DNA of 64,000 nt. Source: Ostreococcus lucimarinus. Lineage: Eukaryota. Shown here piece after piece: positions 60,336 to 64,000 of this stretch. A program made the position numbers and the translations under genes. The notes beneath the pieces were generated by a model, which had not been told where the DNA came from, did not search any database, and saw only the letters and a program-made list of their open reading frames with translations. How positions within the stretch are numbered: the first letter of the stretch is position 1; every line of letters begins with the position of its first letter. The stretch lies in assembly GCA_000092065.1 (NCBI GenBank), contig CP000595.1. One strand, written 5' to 3'.

Positions 60336-61075
60336 TCAACCGGGATAGGTCTCGGTGAGCGCGGATAACGTCTTCGGTAAGCCGACGAATTTCAACTCGC
60401 CCCACTGTCGCCACGCGAAGGCGCACGTTAAACAGTTGAGCACGATGGTCGCCGCGGCGAAAATCAGGGAAACCAAACTGTAATCTGCGTTTTTGCACAC
60501 GTAATAATCCGAACTCAATACCACGGACGCGCACTCGGTGATGGACATGACGACGAACGTCGCCATGGCCGCGGTGAACAGCGCGTAGGACGCGAACTCC
60601 GTCCCGGGCGGCGGCGCCTTGCGAATCACGTACATCGCGATCAAGATCACCGTGTACGCCCAGAATCCCGCGTACACACCGACGACGCCCTTAAATTGAT
60701 AAAACTTCGTGAATCCACACCCCGCTTCACCGCAGTCGTTCAGCGTGCTCAGCTCCGGCCCCGCCAGTCCCTCGGTTTGTTTCGCCATGAACGAAAACGT
60801 CGTCAACGCCATCAACTGTTCGTTCGTCGTCGTCGTCGCGTCCTAGGTCAGTCTCCGCGCGTGCGAGTTCACCGTCGCGTCGCGTCGCGTCGCGTCGCGT
60901 CGCGTCGCGTCCCACGCACGCTCTCCACGAGCAACGCTCGAAACTTTGGATTCTTCATCAGCCTGTGATTCATCAGCGACGTCCCCTCCACGCTCGCTCC
61001 CACGCGTTTCAGCAGCGGTTCCCGCGCTTCGTCCGACGCCCCGGGCGCGTCGTCCATCGTCTCATCGCTCGCCAT
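60336..61075 (-). CDS. Hypothetical four-TM small membrane protein; proposed two exons (61075..60920, 60815..60336) with a 104-nt intron
   Basis: Exon 1 from ATG 61075 reads MASDETMDDAPGASDEAREPLLKRVGASVEGTSLMNHRLMKNPKFRALLVES and ends at the donor GTGCGT. The intron contains a (GCGTC)n run and AGACTGACC 31 nt before ACAG. Exon 2 (track ORF 60336..60815) reads LMALTTFSFMAKQTEGLAGPELSTLNDCGEAGCGF...FWAYTVILIAMYVIRK...FTAAMATFVVMSI...SLVSLIFAAATIVLNCL... Track ORF 60869..61294 otherwise runs into RRDATRRDAT repeat junk. Confidence 0.45.
60874..60913. repeat. (GCGTC)8 pentanucleotide repeat inside the proposed intron
   Basis: cgtcgcgtcgcgtcgcgtcgcgtcgcgtcgcgtcgcgtc. Confidence 0.8.
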
Positions 61076-61413
61076 CCCGCGATATCCCTCGTCGTCGTCG
61101 TGTCGTCGTCTGAAGCGACGGCTCAACACCTTCGAGGTGTTGAGCCGTCGATCCATCGATCGATCGATGCGCGATGCGATCGACGCTTTGAGTTTCGTTT
61201 CATATCGTCGATCGACTCCGCGAGGTTCGACGCGACGCGATTTCATCGTTCGACCGCTCGAACGTTTGCGGCGACGGCGCGGCGCGCGCCGCACACCTCC
61301 GCGCGCGGAGGCGTCACCGCGCGCGCGCGTCGTCGATCGCGCGCGAATCCGCGAACGCGTCGCGCGCGCTTCCCGACGCCGCCGATCGCGCGCGCGGCGC
61401 GGCGTCGCGTCGA

Positions 61414-62587
61414 ATGCCCCCGTCGACGACGCTGCTCCGCGCGCGCGATCTCGAGCGCGCGCTCGCCGAGCCGTGGCCGAACGCGCGATGCGCCACGGCG
61501 CTCGACGACGCGATGATCGACGCGCTGAAAAATCGGTTCGCGATCATGACGCCGTTCGCGAGGCGCGGGGCGGTGTGCGCGGCGATGTTGGCGTCGAAAC
61601 GCGCGACGAGCGCGCGCGCGATCGCGACGTGGCGGGACGTCGCGGCGGGAGACGCGGATGAGTGGGTGCGAGCGATGGCGCGGGCGATGGATGAAAGCGG
61701 GGAAAGATTCGATTGCGACCGATTCGCGACGGATGTGCCGGTGGTGCGTGTGCGAGCGATGCGCGAGCGAGGGGAATGCGACGAGAATTCATTCGGGAAG
61801 GCACCGTGGTGTGAATGAACCCTAACGCGAAGGACGCGGGAAACGACGCGGGAAACGACGCGGGAAACGATTACTGACGAATGAACGCCGCGGTGTTTGG
61901 TAAACTTAGGTGAATACCGCCGTGCGGGCGATAAAGGAGACGATTGCGAACGCGGGGGAGGATGGGATGACGCGAAGACCGCGCGCCGACGCCTACCTGA
62001 CGATGAAAGAGCCGACGGCGCATGGACACTTCACGCTGAGAGAACGGCGCGAGCCGAAGAAGCGGCCGATGAGTGCGGGAAGTCGAGGTGCAACGATCGC
62101 GGGCGATGGTTCGTCGCAAGTGAATCGCGCGCAGGCGAACATCTTTGCGCCGTCGCGCAAGCCGACGGCCAGCGGAGGCGCTTCGTTTTTGCGCGACACG
62201 GGTCGATCTGGCAGTGTCGGTGCCGCGCGTTCGCGAGTCGGTGGCGGCATTCCTCGTCCAGGGGCGAAGACTATGGTCATCGACGTCGCCGAAGCCGCGC
62301 AACTCGGCGCTACTTCGCAAATCGACGATCCTCTCCGAGCGCAAGCGCAGGAGGAACGCGATCGCAAACGTCAACGAGAAAAGGAGGCCAAGGAGCAACG
62401 CATGCAGAGATTGATGCAAGAAATCGAGGCAAAGAAACAAAGGGAATTGACGAGAAAACGCGAACGCGACGAAGAAATTTTGGAGAAGAAGAAGGCTTAC
62501 CGGGCGGAGATTGAAGCAAAGCGCGCGAACAAGCGCGTCGCTTCCATCGCCACGCCGTCGCCCACGGACGAACCGGCGACGTGGTGA
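61414..62587 (+). CDS. Hypothetical protein with C-terminal charged coiled coil; proposed two exons (61414..61743, 61910..62587) with a 166-nt intron
   Basis: Exon 1 (true ATG) reads MPPSTTLLRARDLERALAEPWPNARCATALDDAMIDALKNRFAIMTPFARRGAVCAAM...DCDRFATDVPV and is followed by GTGCGT. The intron carries 3x gacgcgggaaac tandem repeats and TTACTGACG 32 nt before TTAG. Exon 2 starts exactly at the first codon after that AG (track ORF 61910 has a GTG 'start') and reads VNTAVRAIKETIANAGEDG...EERDRKRQREKEAKEQRMQRLMQEIEAKKQRELTRKRERDEEILEKKKAYRAEIEAKR... Confidence 0.45.
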
Positions 62588-62961
62588 ATAGTGACGGAAT
62601 AGTAACAAAAAAGACACAGAGTATCCGCTTGCGCGCATTCGTGCGCGCAGCGCGCTCACATGACTGCGCATTCGTGCGTGGTTTGTACAAAAAAAGCCGA
62701 CTCCCGCGTCGGAGCAAAAAAAATTGATAAGCGCTCGAGCGAGCGCGACGAAGAAGCGAGCCAACTTCGTCGTTCGAGCGTGGAGTACACTACGATAGCT
62801 ACCCCCTAGCGAACGATCGTCTCGATCGTTCGATGAAATTCAGAACCAACCAGGAAACCGGAGAAAAATCAAATCGTCCCGCGTCTCGCCCGCTCGAGGC
62901 CCCCACGTCGTCGCCCGCGCGCTCCGGTGACGTCACTTCAACGCGTCATCTTTCGTTCGCC

Positions 62962-63774
62962 ATGTTTCGCGCCGCCCTGCGACGCGCGTCGACGCACGCG
63001 AGCTTGAACGCGCGCGTCCGCGGCGCGTTTCGCGCGCTCGCGACGTCGGCGACGCAGAAAACCGGCGGTATTTACGAAGTGCGCACGTACGACATCGAAC
63101 CGTCGCGACTGGATGAATACCTCGCCATGTGCGCCGACAGCGCGAACGAACGCAAAAAAGTGACGAACGAAGGTTTCGTCGGATTCTTCGTCACGGAGCT
63201 CGGCGGTGACGCGCACGAGGTGACGCACGTGTACCGATACGACGATTACGACGCGCGAGACGACGCGCGAAACGCGATGAAGCGGAGCGAAACGTGGACC
63301 GCGTTCCTGAAAGCGTCGAAACCGATGGTGAGACGACAAAAGAGCGAGATATTCTTAGAGGCGACGAAAGCGACGGCGAGCGCGGGAATGGAGGCGAACG
63401 ATGTGCTGCGACGGGCGCGCGAAGGGAACGGAGGACGCGCGGACGGCGTCTTCGAGTGGCGGCGGTATCAGCTCGAGTTGGGATACAACCCGATCCCGAA
63501 GCTCGTCGACGCGTTAGCCAAGGGACTGCCGTCGAAATTAGCGAGCGATCGAGACGGGCGCGGGGAGTTGGTGTGGATGGGATACAGCGACGTGGGGAAA
63601 TTGAACCAATTCGTCGAGCTGTGGCGATACGACTGCTATCAGGATCACATAAAGGCGCGCGAAGCCGCGCGGTCCGCCGATGCGTGGCGCGCGGCGATCA
63701 ACGAGATCGCGCCTATGGTTCAAATGTTTGATACGCAGCTCATGCGACCAGCGGCGGCGTCGCCGATCAAGTAA
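62962..63774 (+). CDS. NIPSNAP-family protein (two dimeric alpha/beta-barrel domains) with mitochondrial-type presequence
   Basis: MFRAALRRASTHASLNARVRGAFRALATS (presequence), GGIYEVRTYDIEPSRLDEYL..., and a second domain FEWRRYQLELGYNPIPKLV...VELWRYDCYQDHIKAREAA. ATG at 62962; the track ORF starts 43 codons earlier. Confidence 0.7.
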   Translation: MFRAALRRASTHASLNARVRGAFRALATSATQKTGGIYEVRTYDIEPSRLDEYLAMCADSANERKKVTNEGFVGFFVTELGGDAHEVTHVYRYDDYDARDDARNAMKRSETWTAFLKASKPMVRRQKSEIFLEATKATASAGMEANDVLRRAREGNGGRADGVFEWRRYQLELGYNPIPKLVDALAKGLPSKLASDRDGRGELVWMGYSDVGKLNQFVELWRYDCYQDHIKAREAARSADAWRAAINEIAPMVQMFDTQLMRPAAASPIK

Positions 63775-64000
63775 ACCGTCGTCGTTGTAATTTTTAATTC
63801 GTTCGTTTGTCGTCGCCTCGACGCCGCCGTCGCGAGCCGTCGGCCGTCGCCGCGCGTCACAGCGCGGCGCTCCATCGCATGCGCGCGACGACGCACGCGA
63901 CGACGTCGATCGCGATGCAAGGAACTAACGGCGCGCGCGACGCGACGGCGACGGCGCACAACGGCGGCGCACAACGACGCGCGGCGACCGCGCCGGCGCA

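Noticed and set aside
60843-60846. CTAG immediately after the branch motif as the 3' splice site of the 4-TM gene
   Set aside because: Only about 5 nt from the branch adenosine. The in-frame AG 31 nt downstream fits the 27-41 nt spacing seen in every other intron.
1-64000. Prokaryotic interpretation (operons, defence islands, toxin-antitoxin, mobile elements)
   Set aside because: The window contains histone, U2AF, ORC, RPL4 with spliceosomal introns, nuclear tRNA intron architecture and alternating-strand monocistronic genes. This is a eukaryotic nuclear locus. No IS, transposon or integrase signatures were seen.

Overview
This window is eukaryotic nuclear DNA, not prokaryotic. It is extremely GC-rich (about 70% by eye) and gene-dense, with about 40 genes in 64 kb on both strands, mostly arranged head-to-head or tail-to-tail with intergenic gaps of 100-400 bp. 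Genes are mostly single-exon with a few short GT-AG introns. Gene content includes histone H2A.X, U2AF35, ORC3, RPL4, a chlorophyllase-like hydrolase, CMP-Kdo synthetase, class-II PRPP synthetase and a Met-rich small HSP. Together with the gene density, this points to a green-lineage picoalga, Mamiellophyceae-like (for example Micromonas); that is inference only. I find no operon, defence island, CRISPR array, prophage or mobile element. The 'system' here is ordinary housekeeping eukaryotic genes. The observations I consider most worthwhile are listed below.

- Rigid intron signature: all eight introns I can support share a donor GTGCG[CGT] (6 of 8), a branch motif [AC]GACTGAC[GC] and an AG 27-41 nt downstream. 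Scanning for it revealed 5' exons missed by the ORF track: an AT-hook exon on the MYB gene, the Not3 N-domain exon of CNOT3, and two hypothetical genes merged from separate ORFs.
- A 26-nt micro-exon in RPL4.
- A tandem duplicated pair of ankyrin-like genes built from 81-bp (27-aa) repeats at 5 versus 8 copies.
- A 52-bp hairpin palindrome in the ORC3 bidirectional promoter.
- A tRNA-Lys(CUU) with an intron of about 100 nt.
- An H2A.X gene (SQEY tail) with an intron and a possible 3' stem-loop.

Many long overlapping or antisense ORFs in the track (R/A/P-rich) are GC-composition artefacts and were rejected. Coordinates derived by hand may be off by 1-2 nt. The ORF track uses GTG/TTG starts, so several true ATG starts are placed internally by inference.
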